Source: an uncultured Bacteroidales bacterium | GTDB taxonomy: Bacteria; Bacteroidota; Bacteroidia; Bacteroidales; VadinHA17 | Assembly (NCBI GenBank): GCA_963760915.1 | Contig: CAVXEU010000002.1 | Span: 1,670,132-1,734,131, forward strand | Direction of reading: 5' to 3' | DNA: 64,000 nucleotides | Part shown: positions 1 through 9,737 of the stretch, in pieces | Layout of the letters: every line of letters starts with the position of its first letter | How positions within the stretch are numbered: position 1 is the stretch's first letter | The notes under the pieces: model-generated | Database searches by the model: none | What the model saw: the letters and a program-made list of their open reading frames with translations, nothing else | What the model was told of the DNA's origin: nothing | Made by a program: the position numbers and the translations under genes

Positions 1-1568
1 CCTTCAGTAAAATGACCTCCGCCACCATTACCGCGATATGAGTTAACGGCGACTTTATAGGTTTTATTTTTCTCAAATGGCCGGCCGTCAGTAAACCCGC
101 TTATTTCAATCCTATCTCCGGCGGGTTTGCTAACATCTACAGTATAGTTAATTCCTGCAGCAGAATCAAAATTATAAGGCTGGTACTTCAACCTTGCTCT
201 CCCATCGGTTAAAAGAGGTTTTCCATTTTTACCGGTACGAAGATTAAGCAGAATATCTCCGGGACCCTTCATTGTATTAAACCACTCCGAATAAGAATAT
301 TCAAGGTATTTACGGATTTCTTCTCCTGATAATTCCATTGTGTACAGCATATTTTCAAATCTGTATAATTTGAACATATCTCCGACTGTTATCGGGCCTT
401 TAGGTATACTGACATCAAATGAAAGCGGTGCGGCAAAGGAAATGTCGGCTCCGGTTATTTCAAGTTGAATGGTATGAATCATATCAACAAATGCTGATGG
501 TCCGAAATAAGCATCACGAGAAGTAATCATCACCGAGGAATAGCCAATTACCCTGTTAACATATTCTTCAATCACTTTATACTGCGGGGTAAACTTTGCA
601 ATAAACCCTGAATCCGGTTTATAATCAGCAACGTTAATCAGTTGTCCTTTAATAATTCGCTGCTTTTTACCCTTAACTTTACGTGAAGTAAAGGAAATAT
701 CAGCCCGAGCAATCTTTTCGGCTCTGCTGCCTCCATCAAGTATCAGTAAAGTATCTCCATCAATGTTGACGAATTTTTCATTTGCCAGTTTATGGTCATG
801 GCCATTAAAAATTATATCGAAACCAGGAACATTGTAAGCGACTGCTGCAGAACCATTTTCATTTAACTGTCCGTTCTTTCCGATCTTTACATCCGATCTG
901 TCCCACCCTGAATGAAACAAACCCACAATAAGGTCAGGTTTTTCATTTTTTATAACGGGCATCCATCGCTTAGCTGTTTCAACCATATCCTTAAATTCAA
1001 TTCCGGAATAGAGTTCAGGTGGAAGCCATGTTGGAATTGCAGGTGTTACGAGTCCAAAAACAGCGATTTTAATTCCATCTTTATGCAAAATAACGTAGGG
1101 CTTAAAATAGGGTTCTCCGGTTTTTATGTCAACAGCATTTGCTGCCAGTAAGGGGAAATTATATTCTTTGACCAGCCTGTCATATACAGCATGCCCGGCT
1201 TCAATATCATGATTCCCAACAGTTCCTGCATCATATCCCATATAATTCATCACCTCCGATGATAAATGCGGTGAAACCGTATCGATAAAATTGTAATAAT
1301 ACACTTCAGGCTGTCCCTGAAGATTATCACCATTGTCGAGGAGAATGGTGGCATCTTTTTCATTTCTGATTTGTTTTATCGATGTAAATGCGGATGCCAA
1401 AGAAGCATCCAGCTTTTCTTTCTCAATAAAGTCATATGGAAGAATAACTCCATGAACATCAGTCGTTTCAAGTATACTAATACTCTTTTCCCCTGTTCCT
1501 GTACAGGAAACAAGCAGAAATATCAATAATAACCTGATGGTAACTAGACTAATCTTTCTCATTTTCAT
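1..1568 (-). CDS. bifunctional metallophosphatase/5'-nucleotidase-like lipoprotein (C-terminus runs off the window)
   Basis: Absent from the ORF track because it is open to position 1. My minus-strand translation from the ATG at 1568 reads MKMRKISLVTIRLLLIFLLVSCTG (lipobox). It then shows the metallophosphoesterase motifs DNGDNLQG, GNHD and GHDH, followed by a 5'-nucleotidase-like C-terminal part. Confidence 0.8.
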   Translation of the reverse strand, partial: MKMRKISLVTIRLLLIFLLVSCTGTGEKSISILETTDVHGVILPYDFIEKEKLDASLASAFTSIKQIRNEKDATILLDNGDNLQGQPEVYYYNFIDTVSPHLSSEVMNYMGYDAGTVGNHDIEAGHAVYDRLVKEYNFPLLAANAVDIKTGEPYFKPYVILHKDGIKIAVFGLVTPAIPTWLPPELYSGIEFKDMVETAKRWMPVIKNEKPDLIVGLFHSGWDRSDVKIGKNGQLNENGSAAVAYNVPGFDIIFNGHDHKLANEKFVNIDGDTLLILDGGSRAEKIARADISFTSRKVKGKKQRIIKGQLINVADYKPDSGFIAKFTPQYKVIEEYVNRVIGYSSVMITSRDAYFGPSAFVDMIHTIQLEITGADISFAAPLSFDVSIPKGPITVGDMFKLYRFENMLYTMELSGEEIRKYLEYSYSEWFNTMKGPGDILLNLRTGKNGKPLLTDGRARLKYQPYNFDSAAGINYTVDVSKPAGDRIEISGFTDGRPFEKNKTYKVAVNSYRGNGGGGHFTE

Positions 1569-1582
1569 AACTGCATTCTATT

Positions 1583-4411
1583 TTATTCATTTACAAGGCT
1601 ATATCCGTCTGTTTTACCTTTTTCAAGCTGGGAAATTCCATATTTCATCCAATAAGGCATAGGAGCACCCTTGAGATAATGATCAAAGAACTGCATTTTT
1701 CTGATGGAAATATCTTTTCTGTTGGGTCTTTTCATCAGGTTATGATCTTCATCATTATATGAGAGAAGCCAGGCTGGTTTCTCAAGACGGCGCAGAGCAG
1801 TAATAAACTCAATACCCTGGTACCATGGAACGGCACCGTCAGCATCGTTATGCATCAGAAGTAAGGGTGTTTTTATCTTTGGAACCCAGAATATAGGTGA
1901 ATTTTCAATATACAGGAGTGGTTTATCCCACAATGTTCCTCCAATTCTGCTCTGTGTTTTTTCATACTGGAACATCCTTGACATACCTGTTCCCCATCTT
2001 ATGCCTCCATATGCGCTTATCATATCGCTTACAACGGCACCTGCATATGCACATGCAAACATATCGGTCTGCGTAACCAGCCAGGCGATCTGGTAGCCAC
2101 CCCAGCTCTGTCCATCAAGTCCAAGCCTGTTTCTGTCGATAAAGCTATACCTGTCGAGAAGTGTAGTTGTGCCACTTACTACCGCGTTATAACAGCTTTG
2201 TCCCGGATAACCTGTCACATAAGTAATATCGGGTACAAAAACAAGATATCCATTACTTACTGCAAATATTCTGTTAATAATCGATGCACTCGGAGCCGGA
2301 GGCATATAATTGTATAATCCGTCAGAGCTTCTTTCATAAAAATAGACTATCATCGGATATTTCTTTGACGGGTCAAAATTCTCGGGTTTATACAGGATAC
2401 CCTGAAGCACCTGTTTGTCGAATGAAGTCCATTCTACCAATTCCGCGGTACCCCAATTATAATTTTTCTGCTGAGGATTGGTTATGGATATTCTGTTTAC
2501 ATCTCTGAAGCTCATATTACTCAGGTACAACTCCGGCGAACTTGTAAATGTCCCTTTCTGCCAGAGAAAAACATCAGTTTTGGTTGCCTTGGCAAGATCA
2601 CCCGGAAATGAAGCTTCAGCCATTATCAGGCTGACAGGTTCAGATACTTTCCCGGGATTCATGGAATAAAATCCTGATTCCTTAGTGCTGTAATTAAAAG
2701 CTGAAAGGTACATTGTTTCTTTCCTGCCAATAAATTCGGCTTCAGGGTCCAGTTTATTATATCTGAACCTAAGGTTATTGTTTCTTCCGAAATTATCAGT
2801 GATATTGACAGGGCTTTCAATTCCGTTAATGTCAAGTGACCAGATATCATACCTGTCATATACAAGAACATGTTTTTCATCGTCCAGCCAGCCGGCTATC
2901 CCGTGAGGGGAAGGATCATCGGGAACATCATTAAGTTCGTCGTAAAGCGGAACTTTTATTGAGGATGTGAGGTTTTTTTTGTTCCCTCCGGTAACAGGTA
3001 TTGACATCCAACCCTTAGAATCATTATCCCAGTACACAATATATTTACAAGTGGGAGACATAAAGGCACGTGTGGGACAATCTTCAATAACAAGCGTTTT
3101 TGTACCGGTTTTAATATTAATAGTATAATAATCAGAAGAAGTCCCACCTGTCCACGACGAAGATTTTCTGTATTTCAGATCTGAAGAACCAAGTGCCAGT
3201 GAGTTGTTACCTTTCTGGTATATCCGGACTGATGGAATAACTGTATCTGCAAGCTGAACCATTTTACCATTCTCCAATAGGTATACAGCCATCCACGTCC
3301 TTTTTTTCTCCTGTTCAAGCTGCTTTTTCTGCATTGGTTGCAGAACAGCATCATCCCATGACCAAATATCGAGTTTGTACTTTTCATCATCCAGCAGAGT
3401 ATCTGCGGGTTCCTTAACCGGCTTTTTTGCAGTTCCGAAAAAAACTCTTTTACCATCATCAGAAAATGTTATATTCCCGTTTTCGCTGACAGACCAACCT
3501 GCCGGCATAGCAGGGTTTTCAGCATCAATTATTTTAATTGCTTTTCCAAGGTTACCTGAAAGCCAGAGATCATATACTTTAATCTTTGCAGTATCAGATG
3601 AATAGATAAATGAAACTAAATTACCAACCCTGTCGTTGCTCAATTTTTTAACACTTCCCTTACCTTCGAAAATAATGTTGCCTGTTTCTTTTCCGGTATC
3701 AAATACATTAACCTTGAAATTTTCTGTTTTGGAGGTATCCGGAATGCTTTGGATAAAACTGATCGTATGTCCGTCAGTCGAAACAACATAATCAGTAACA
3801 TCCGGATATTTGTATTCCTTATTAAGAACAGGGTTAAAAATTACCAGTTCAGATCCTTTTGATTCAGGGATCCTGGGTTTCTTAGAAACCTGAGAGTCGG
3901 CTATCTTTGCAGTGTCAGCGTTTGATTTCTTATTACCGGTTTCAGCAGCTTTCTTTTCCATAAGGTAAGCCATCCAGTATGAGTTTTTTTCAGGAAGTGA
4001 AAAAGATTTAACACGAGAAACAATGGTAACTTCTTTGCCAGGTAATAACCTTATCCCCAGACTGTTTTTTGGCAATTTATCATCCTTCAGTTTTTTCTTT
4101 TTTGCCTGGCGCATTTCATCAAATGTCGGGATTATATGATATGCAAGATATCTGCAGTCAGGAGAAAAAACTGCACGGTTTCCTCTTGAAACAGAATCTT
4201 TACTATGAGAATTGACATTATAAATATACAACCACCCATCGCCCTGCTGAGGATTGATTTCATAAGTAACCCATTTCCCATCCTCTGAAATCGCAGAGGA
4301 TCTTAAACTTTTCCACGCATCGTATACATTATTGTCAAGAGGGGGCTTTTGTCCTGATAAAATAAAAGGAATAAGTAATAATACCGGAAGAAAGATTTTA
4401 ATTCTTTTCAT
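1583..4411 (-). CDS. S9 family serine peptidase (prolyl oligopeptidase/acylaminoacyl-peptidase type) with N-terminal propeller-like region
   Basis: Nucleophile motif GQSWGGY, with a downstream Asp (HNDADGAVP) and His (DEDHNL) in S9 order. The ORF-track start at 4435 is a TTG lying inside a promoter-like box. The ATG at 4411 gives the signal peptide MKRIKIFLPVLLLIPFILSG. Confidence 0.85.
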   Translation of the reverse strand: MKRIKIFLPVLLLIPFILSGQKPPLDNNVYDAWKSLRSSAISEDGKWVTYEINPQQGDGWLYIYNVNSHSKDSVSRGNRAVFSPDCRYLAYHIIPTFDEMRQAKKKKLKDDKLPKNSLGIRLLPGKEVTIVSRVKSFSLPEKNSYWMAYLMEKKAAETGNKKSNADTAKIADSQVSKKPRIPESKGSELVIFNPVLNKEYKYPDVTDYVVSTDGHTISFIQSIPDTSKTENFKVNVFDTGKETGNIIFEGKGSVKKLSNDRVGNLVSFIYSSDTAKIKVYDLWLSGNLGKAIKIIDAENPAMPAGWSVSENGNITFSDDGKRVFFGTAKKPVKEPADTLLDDEKYKLDIWSWDDAVLQPMQKKQLEQEKKRTWMAVYLLENGKMVQLADTVIPSVRIYQKGNNSLALGSSDLKYRKSSSWTGGTSSDYYTINIKTGTKTLVIEDCPTRAFMSPTCKYIVYWDNDSKGWMSIPVTGGNKKNLTSSIKVPLYDELNDVPDDPSPHGIAGWLDDEKHVLVYDRYDIWSLDINGIESPVNITDNFGRNNNLRFRYNKLDPEAEFIGRKETMYLSAFNYSTKESGFYSMNPGKVSEPVSLIMAEASFPGDLAKATKTDVFLWQKGTFTSSPELYLSNMSFRDVNRISITNPQQKNYNWGTAELVEWTSFDKQVLQGILYKPENFDPSKKYPMIVYFYERSSDGLYNYMPPAPSASIINRIFAVSNGYLVFVPDITYVTGYPGQSCYNAVVSGTTTLLDRYSFIDRNRLGLDGQSWGGYQIAWLVTQTDMFACAYAGAVVSDMISAYGGIRWGTGMSRMFQYEKTQSRIGGTLWDKPLLYIENSPIFWVPKIKTPLLLMHNDADGAVPWYQGIEFITALRRLEKPAWLLSYNDEDHNLMKRPNRKDISIRKMQFFDHYLKGAPMPYWMKYGISQLEKGKTDGYSLVNE

Positions 4412-4432
4412 GTCATGTTTTATTTTAATGTC

Positions 4433-4440
4433 CAAACTTA
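4433..4440 (-). promoter_or_regulatory. Bacteroidota -7 promoter box TAAGTTTG (TAnnTTTG)
   Basis: The plus strand reads CAAACTTA. On the minus strand this lies 21 nt upstream of the ATG at 4411. Confidence 0.4.
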
Positions 4441-4503
4441 TGAAAGAATAATCATTTTCAAAGAATATGAAATATGTTTTAGATCATTTATATCTGTAAA
4501 TTA

Positions 4504-4511
4504 TATATTTG
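4504..4511 (+). promoter_or_regulatory. Bacteroidota -7 promoter box TATATTTG
   Basis: Exact TAnnTTTG match 17 nt upstream of the ATG at 4528. Confidence 0.4.
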
Positions 4512-4527
4512 CGTTAAATCTATATTT

Positions 4528-5703
4528 ATGGTCATTACAGGTCTGGAGACAATATCCGATAACTTTCCTTCTTCTTTAAAAGGTAAAAAGATTGGTATTT
4601 TATGCCATGCGCCAAGTGTCACAAGAGATTTTACACATATCGCGGAATTATTTTTCAGTAGAAATGATTGCAGACTGGCTGCATTATTTGGCCCGCAACA
4701 TGGAATCCACGGACAGACACAGGATAACATGATTGAGTGGGGAAGCCGGCAACATCCGTATTACAATATTCCTCTCTTCAGTCTTTACGGGGAGCATCGT
4801 AAACCCACAGCCGACATGCTTTCGGATATTGATGCATTAATAATCGATTTGCAGGATGTCGGAGCAAGATTATATACCTATATATGGACAGTTAAGCTCT
4901 GTATTGAGGCCTGTTCCGAATCAGGAATCCCGATATGGTTGCTTGACAGACCGAATCCTATAGCGGGTCTTTCGTGCGACGGACCGGTTCTTAAGGAAGA
5001 ATATTTCACATTTGTAGGTGGTGCATCAATTCCCTTATGTCACAGGATGACAATAGGTGAAATGGCACTCTGGATAAAGGAAAAATATTATTCGAAGTGT
5101 GATCTTAACATTGTATGGATGAAAAACTGGAAAAGATCCTCAATGTACTCTGATACAGGTCTTCCATGGGTATTGCCTTCACCAAATATGCCAACACCGC
5201 AAACAGCCATTGTATATCCGGGAACTGTACTTATAGAAGCTCTCAACCTGTCAGAAGGAAGGGGTACAACAATTCCGTTTGAGCTTTTCGGTGCACCGTT
5301 CATTAATGCGGAAAAACTAAAGATGAATCTGGATGACCGTAATATTGAAGGGTGTGCATTCAGAACCCATGATTTCATACCAACTTTCCACAAGTTCCAG
5401 GGGGAGAATTGTAATGGCCTGCAGATACATGTGACCGACATCAGGAGATTCAGGCCCGTAGGAACTGCCCTGGAAATATTAGATGCAATAATTGAGACCT
5501 CACCGCCTGATTCATTAACATTCAATTCACCACCTTATGAATATGAGAATAGCCTGATGCCTTTTGATATTTTATCGGGTGATTCAGGAATGCGTCAAAC
5601 ATTGCAGGGAAGGAAAAATCTATCTGATGAGAAAGACAGGTGGGCTGCGGAAACGAAAAAGTTTCTGGAAGAGTTCCGCCAGATTTCAGCCTACCCTGAA
5701 TAA
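4528..5703 (+). CDS. DUF1343 family protein (NamZ-like exo-beta-N-acetylmuramidase family)
   Basis: Family-typical stretches KKIGILCHAPS, LFGPQHGIHG and IDLQDVGARLYTYIWT. Length of 391 aa fits the family. Confidence 0.75.
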   Translation: MVITGLETISDNFPSSLKGKKIGILCHAPSVTRDFTHIAELFFSRNDCRLAALFGPQHGIHGQTQDNMIEWGSRQHPYYNIPLFSLYGEHRKPTADMLSDIDALIIDLQDVGARLYTYIWTVKLCIEACSESGIPIWLLDRPNPIAGLSCDGPVLKEEYFTFVGGASIPLCHRMTIGEMALWIKEKYYSKCDLNIVWMKNWKRSSMYSDTGLPWVLPSPNMPTPQTAIVYPGTVLIEALNLSEGRGTTIPFELFGAPFINAEKLKMNLDDRNIEGCAFRTHDFIPTFHKFQGENCNGLQIHVTDIRRFRPVGTALEILDAIIETSPPDSLTFNSPPYEYENSLMPFDILSGDSGMRQTLQGRKNLSDEKDRWAAETKKFLEEFRQISAYPE

Positions 5704-5725
5704 ACAGGTTGGAGTAAAATCATAT

Positions 5726-6115
5726 CTACTTTCGGGAGGACATGCTGTTAACCAGCTTATCAATAAGGTTCTGAGATAAAATTGGTTTAATAATATAATC
5801 GTTAAACCCTGAATCCATAAGTTTTTCTTTATCACCCATCAGGCCATAGGCAGTTTGTGCGATAATGATTATATCTTTTCTGAACTCCCGAATTTTTTCC
5901 GCCGACTGGTATCCATCCATAACCGGGAGCTGAATATCCATAAGGATAATATCAATATCAGGGTTATTAAAGGCAATATCAACAGCTTCCTGTCCGTCAC
6001 CGGCATTAAGCAAAAGCAGACCGGTTCTTTCAAGTATCTTATTAAGATATAGTCTGCTAGACATATCATCTTCAACGATTAGTATTTTCTTGCCTTTCAG
6101 AAATTCATTTTCCAT
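5726..6115 (-). CDS. single-domain response regulator (CheY-like receiver, no output domain)
   Basis: KILIVEDD near the N-terminus, phospho-acceptor context DIILMDIQLPVMDGY, and a conserved Lys region IIKP. The 129 aa protein is receiver domain only. Confidence 0.85.
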   Translation of the reverse strand: MENEFLKGKKILIVEDDMSSRLYLNKILERTGLLLLNAGDGQEAVDIAFNNPDIDIILMDIQLPVMDGYQSAEKIREFRKDIIIIAQTAYGLMGDKEKLMDSGFNDYIIKPILSQNLIDKLVNSMSSRK

Positions 6116-6126
6116 ATTTATTGTTA

Positions 6127-6510
6127 TTATTGGAAGAGTCCATCATCCCTAAGTAGAAGCAATATTGCCGAATGAGGTACAACAATATATTTTTCCGTAT
6201 TAAATTCTATTTCGATAGCACTGTTCTGCATATATACGGCCTGATCACCTTCTTTTGGCTGAAGAGGAACATATTTGGGTTCATCAGATCTGTTCTTCCA
6301 TGGTTCGTCAACATCATTAACCGAAGGAATCGGATATCCCGGGCCGACCTTAACTACATAACCAATCTGCACCTTTTCATTTTCATTTACGCCGGGAGGA
6401 AGAATCAGACCACTTTTGGTTTTTGACTGAGGAACTTTCGGCTTAATAAGAATTCTATCACCGATTACAATCAGCTTCTGCAAATCCTTCTCATCTAATA
6501 ATACACCCAT
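6127..6510 (-). CDS. GroES (Cpn10) family protein with internal insertion
   Basis: GDRILIKP...SKTKSGLILPPG...GYVVKVGPG...EGDQAVY...ILLLL parallels the GroES strand order. At 127 aa it is longer than canonical GroES. Confidence 0.65.
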   Translation of the reverse strand: MGVLLDEKDLQKLIVIGDRILIKPKVPQSKTKSGLILPPGVNENEKVQIGYVVKVGPGYPIPSVNDVDEPWKNRSDEPKYVPLQPKEGDQAVYMQNSAIEIEFNTEKYIVVPHSAILLLLRDDGLFQ

Positions 6511-6528
6511 ATACAGCTTTTAATAAAA

Positions 6529-6536
6529 CAAAAGTA
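6529..6536 (-). promoter_or_regulatory. Bacteroidota -7 promoter box TACTTTTG
   Basis: The plus strand reads CAAAAGTA, 19 nt upstream of the ATG at 6510 on the minus strand. Confidence 0.4.
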
Positions 6537-6681
6537 CCAATTTTTACAAGAATCAGAAACCGGACAAATAGAATTAATTAATATTGCAGATATCTTACAA
6601 CCCACAACCTCCAGAATGAGGGTTCATTTAAGAGTTGCAAATTATTAAGTCCCCGTCATCAGATTCAGGGGCGACATTATT

Positions 6682-7293
6682 ATGGAATCGGACAGTTACA
6701 AAACAATCAGATCATCCTCTCAGGGGATATACAAGGAAAAGGGAAGCAGGTTCATATCATTTGCCTTCCCGGTTTCCGCACCAGAAGAAATCAAATCCAT
6801 TATTGATAAAATCAGAAAGGAGCATCATGAAGCCAGGCATCATTGTTTTGCCTATATGATCGGTCGTGAAAGGAAGATCCGGAGAATGAATGATGACGGA
6901 GAGCCATCAGGTACAGCCGGAAGGCCAATTCTTGGGCAGATAAACGCCTTCAGCCTTACAAATATTTTAATAGTTGTCAGCAGATATTTTGGAGGTACAT
7001 TGCTTGGCGTAAGCGGCTTAATCAATGCCTACAGGTCAGCAGCAGCTTCTGCTATTCAAAATGCAGAGATTATTGAATGTACACTCCGGGAGTATTATGA
7101 AATTACTTTTCCATACCGATCGATGAATGATGTCATGAGGATCTTAAAGGAGGAAAATGTCGGGCAATCTGATCAGCTGTTTGATCTTGAATGTCGTATT
7201 AAAGTAAATTTCAGGGAATCTTTGAGAAGTAAGATTCTGCAAAGGTTATCCAGAATTGACGGATTAAAATATAAGTATATTGGTACTCAATGA
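6682..7293 (+). CDS. YigZ / IMPACT family protein (UPF0029)
   Basis: KGSRFISFAFPV, HHEARHHCFAY and DDGEPSGTAGRPIL are characteristic of the YigZ N-terminal domain. Confidence 0.8.
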   Translation: MESDSYKTIRSSSQGIYKEKGSRFISFAFPVSAPEEIKSIIDKIRKEHHEARHHCFAYMIGRERKIRRMNDDGEPSGTAGRPILGQINAFSLTNILIVVSRYFGGTLLGVSGLINAYRSAAASAIQNAEIIECTLREYYEITFPYRSMNDVMRILKEENVGQSDQLFDLECRIKVNFRESLRSKILQRLSRIDGLKYKYIGTQ

Positions 7294-7360
7294 AATTTTA
7301 TTCTATCTAAAAGTTTTTAAATAATTATTAACAGTCATCGAATTTGAGACATTTCTTAAG

Positions 7361-7368
7361 TACTTTTG
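7361..7368 (+). promoter_or_regulatory. Bacteroidota -7 promoter box TACTTTTG
   Basis: Exact TAnnTTTG match 39 nt upstream of the pyrB ATG. Confidence 0.35.
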
Positions 7369-7406
7369 ATAGTAGTGCGGTAATATTCCAATAATATACC
7401 AAACCA

Positions 7407-8315
7407 ATGAAAAACAGAAGCTTAGTATCTATTGATGATTTTACAACTGAGGAGATCCTGAGAATACTTGATCTTTCTGAAGAATTCGAGAAGGAACCAA
7501 CCAGCAGGTTACTGGAGGGTAAAGTGATAGCAACATTATTTTTTGAGCCATCTACACGTACAAGATTAAGTTTTGAAAGCGCCATAAACAGGCTGGGTGG
7601 TAAAATAATCGGATTTTCCGATTCCTCAAACTCCAGCGTATCAAAAGGCGAAACGCTTAACGATACTATCAGAATGGTTACCAGCTATTGCGATCTGATT
7701 GTTATGCGGCATCCGATAGAGGGCAGTGCAAGGTTTGCAAGTGAGATTGCTTCTGTTCCGGTTATTAATGCAGGAGATGGTGCAAATCAGCATCCATCGC
7801 AGACTTTACTTGATCTTTATTCAATACGTAAGACTCAGGGTAAGCTGGAAGATCTTAATATATTCATGGTAGGTGATCTGAAATACGGCAGGACTGTACA
7901 TTCACTTATGATGGCAATGTCAAGATGGAATGCAACGTTTAATTTTATATCTCCGGAGGAGCTTAAAATGCCTGATGAATTTAAATTATACCTCGACAAC
8001 CTGGGACTTAAATATTATGAACACAGTGATTTCACTGATATTATTTCAAGGGCAGATATAATTTATATGACAAGGGTTCAAAAGGAGAGATTTTCAGATC
8101 CTATGGAATATGAAAAGGTCAAAAATGTATATGTTCTCAGGAATTCAATGCTTAAAAATACAAAACCCAACATGAAGATACTGCATCCTCTTCCCAGGGT
8201 TAATGAGATTCATCCTGATGTTGACAGAAACCCGAAAGCTTATTATTTTGATCAGGCACTTAACGGGGTATATACACGCCAGGCTATATTATGTTCATTA
8301 TTAGGAATTAAATAA
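7407..8315 (+). CDS. pyrB: aspartate carbamoyltransferase catalytic subunit
   Basis: The carbamoyl-phosphate motif STRTR ([15 protein letters not shown]), HPSQ and HPLPR are all present. Confidence 0.95.
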   Translation: MKNRSLVSIDDFTTEEILRILDLSEEFEKEPTSRLLEGKVIATLFFEPSTRTRLSFESAINRLGGKIIGFSDSSNSSVSKGETLNDTIRMVTSYCDLIVMRHPIEGSARFASEIASVPVINAGDGANQHPSQTLLDLYSIRKTQGKLEDLNIFMVGDLKYGRTVHSLMMAMSRWNATFNFISPEELKMPDEFKLYLDNLGLKYYEHSDFTDIISRADIIYMTRVQKERFSDPMEYEKVKNVYVLRNSMLKNTKPNMKILHPLPRVNEIHPDVDRNPKAYYFDQALNGVYTRQAILCSLLGIK

Positions 8316-8329
8316 TAAATGGCATAGAT

Positions 8330-8788
8330 ATGAAGGAACCAAAACAGATGAGCGTAAGCGCAATTCAGAATGGGACAGTCATTGATCATGTACCGGCAAA
8401 AAACCTATTTAAGGTTATCCAGATTCTTGGTCTTGACAGGATTGATAACCAGATAACCTTCGGGACTAACCTTGAGAGTAAAAAACTTGGACGGAAAGCA
8501 ATTATTAAAATTTCTGAAGTCTTTTTTGAAGATAAGGATATCAACAGAATTGCCCTGGTAGCCCCCGATGCCAAACTTAATATAATACGAGACTATGAAG
8601 TTGTGGAGAAAAAGGTTGTTGAGGTGCCTGATACTATTGTTGGCATTGCCAGATGCATGAATCCTAAATGTATTACCAACTTTGAACCAGTTACAACCAG
8701 GTTCGATGTTGTATCAAAGAAAAATGTGAGCCTTAAGTGTCATTACTGTGAAAAAATAACGAATCAGGAAAACCTGCAGATTATTTAG
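8330..8788 (+). CDS. pyrI: aspartate carbamoyltransferase regulatory subunit
   Basis: Lies immediately downstream of pyrB. The C-terminal zinc domain has CMNPKC ... CHYC. Confidence 0.9.
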   Translation: MKEPKQMSVSAIQNGTVIDHVPAKNLFKVIQILGLDRIDNQITFGTNLESKKLGRKAIIKISEVFFEDKDINRIALVAPDAKLNIIRDYEVVEKKVVEVPDTIVGIARCMNPKCITNFEPVTTRFDVVSKKNVSLKCHYCEKITNQENLQII

Positions 8789-9015
8789 ACACTTTTCCCA
8801 GATAAATTTTTATTATATTTTTTAGAAGAATCTCATTGTTGCATGAGATAGTGAAAGTATCAGGAGAACCAGAAGCTCTCTTCAGATTTAGCCGTATTAT
8901 TCCTTAAGATGTCCAAAAAGAAAATCACTGGTGACATCCTGGCAGAAAGAACCAGCGAAAAAAGCACATTAAAAAATAAAGAGAAAACCAATAACCTTGA
9001 GGATTTAACAATAAT

Positions 9016-9480
9016 TTATCGAAGTCTGTCGTATGACCTGACAAGGTTGTCATCTTTTTTTATTCCCCTGAGAGCCAGGATGGAGAAGGTCAGAAGTAAC
9101 ACAGGGATAATCATTCTGAATACCGGAACCAGTGTTGCTTCATATCTGGTAATAATACTATATGAATAATAGCCAGAGAGGAGCAAAAATGCCGAGCAAA
9201 GCAAAATTAAAAACCTGGTCAGAAGCATCTGAACCTTCCTGTTTCTGAAGAGGAATATAGTAATAAGTGATAAAACCGGAATGATTATCATCAATAAGGT
9301 GAGAGGTAAGAGTTTTTCCGTGATTTCAGATCCCTGTGATGCTGAATCTATTATACCTCTAAATGTGACTTTTATCACAAAACCTGAATTGTTAATAAAC
9401 TGTAAAAAACTTCCCCTGAGGAATAATAGTGACAGGATAGTTGTCAAAAAAAGATATACTGACTGAATGCGCTGAATCAT
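9016..9480 (-). CDS. DUF4293-like small integral membrane protein
   Basis: The N-terminus MIQRIQSVYLFL and about four hydrophobic spans are typical of the Bacteroidota DUF4293 family. Confidence 0.55.
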   Translation of the reverse strand: MIQRIQSVYLFLTTILSLLFLRGSFLQFINNSGFVIKVTFRGIIDSASQGSEITEKLLPLTLLMIIIPVLSLITIFLFRNRKVQMLLTRFLILLCSAFLLLSGYYSYSIITRYEATLVPVFRMIIPVLLLTFSILALRGIKKDDNLVRSYDRLR

Positions 9481-9613
9481 TGTAATTAATTTTTAGACCG
9501 CTAAATTTACCTGCTTTCTTTTAAATAAAGAAGACTATTAAACAAAAGAATCTATTTATGATTATTTAACATTAATTTAGATTAACCTACTATCGGCAGA
9601 CATATAAATTTTC

Positions 9614-9621
9614 TACATTTG
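9614..9621 (+). promoter_or_regulatory. Bacteroidota -7 promoter box TACATTTG upstream of the RND operon
   Basis: Exact TAnnTTTG match about 115 nt upstream of the ATG at 9738. Confidence 0.3.
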
Positions 9622-9737
9622 CGGTTTGGTAAATTATTAATGTGATCAGGCAAAATATAAGATATAGAATCAATAGTTAGTCATATTAAGTTTAAGATTA
9701 CCAATGGATTGTTTGTGTAAACTATTTATCTGAAAAA

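Noticed and set aside
912-1151. 79 aa plus-strand ORF in the ORF track
   Set aside because: It lies antisense inside the long minus-strand 5'-nucleotidase-like frame, which carries clear metallophosphoesterase motifs. Its sequence is low-complexity and shows no motif.
5088-5525. 145 aa minus-strand ORF, and many similar 60-125 aa ORFs antisense to long genes (for example 2284..2508, 13275..13592, 16759..17073, 43048..43428, 47173..47475, 51111..51452, 51692..52060, 57984..58316)
   Set aside because: All are fully embedded in the opposite strand of ORFs with strong family motifs. They are shadow ORFs, as expected in A+T-rich DNA, and none has a recognisable domain.
8827-8848. Hairpin ATCTCAT-TGTTGC-ATGAGAT after pyrI, considered as a terminator
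   Set aside because: The stem is 7 bp and A/T-rich and is not followed by a T run. It cannot be told apart from chance.
8909-9169. 86 aa plus-strand ORF downstream of pyrI
   Set aside because: It overlaps the 3' part of the DUF4293-like membrane protein gene on the other strand, has no motif and has no promoter box.
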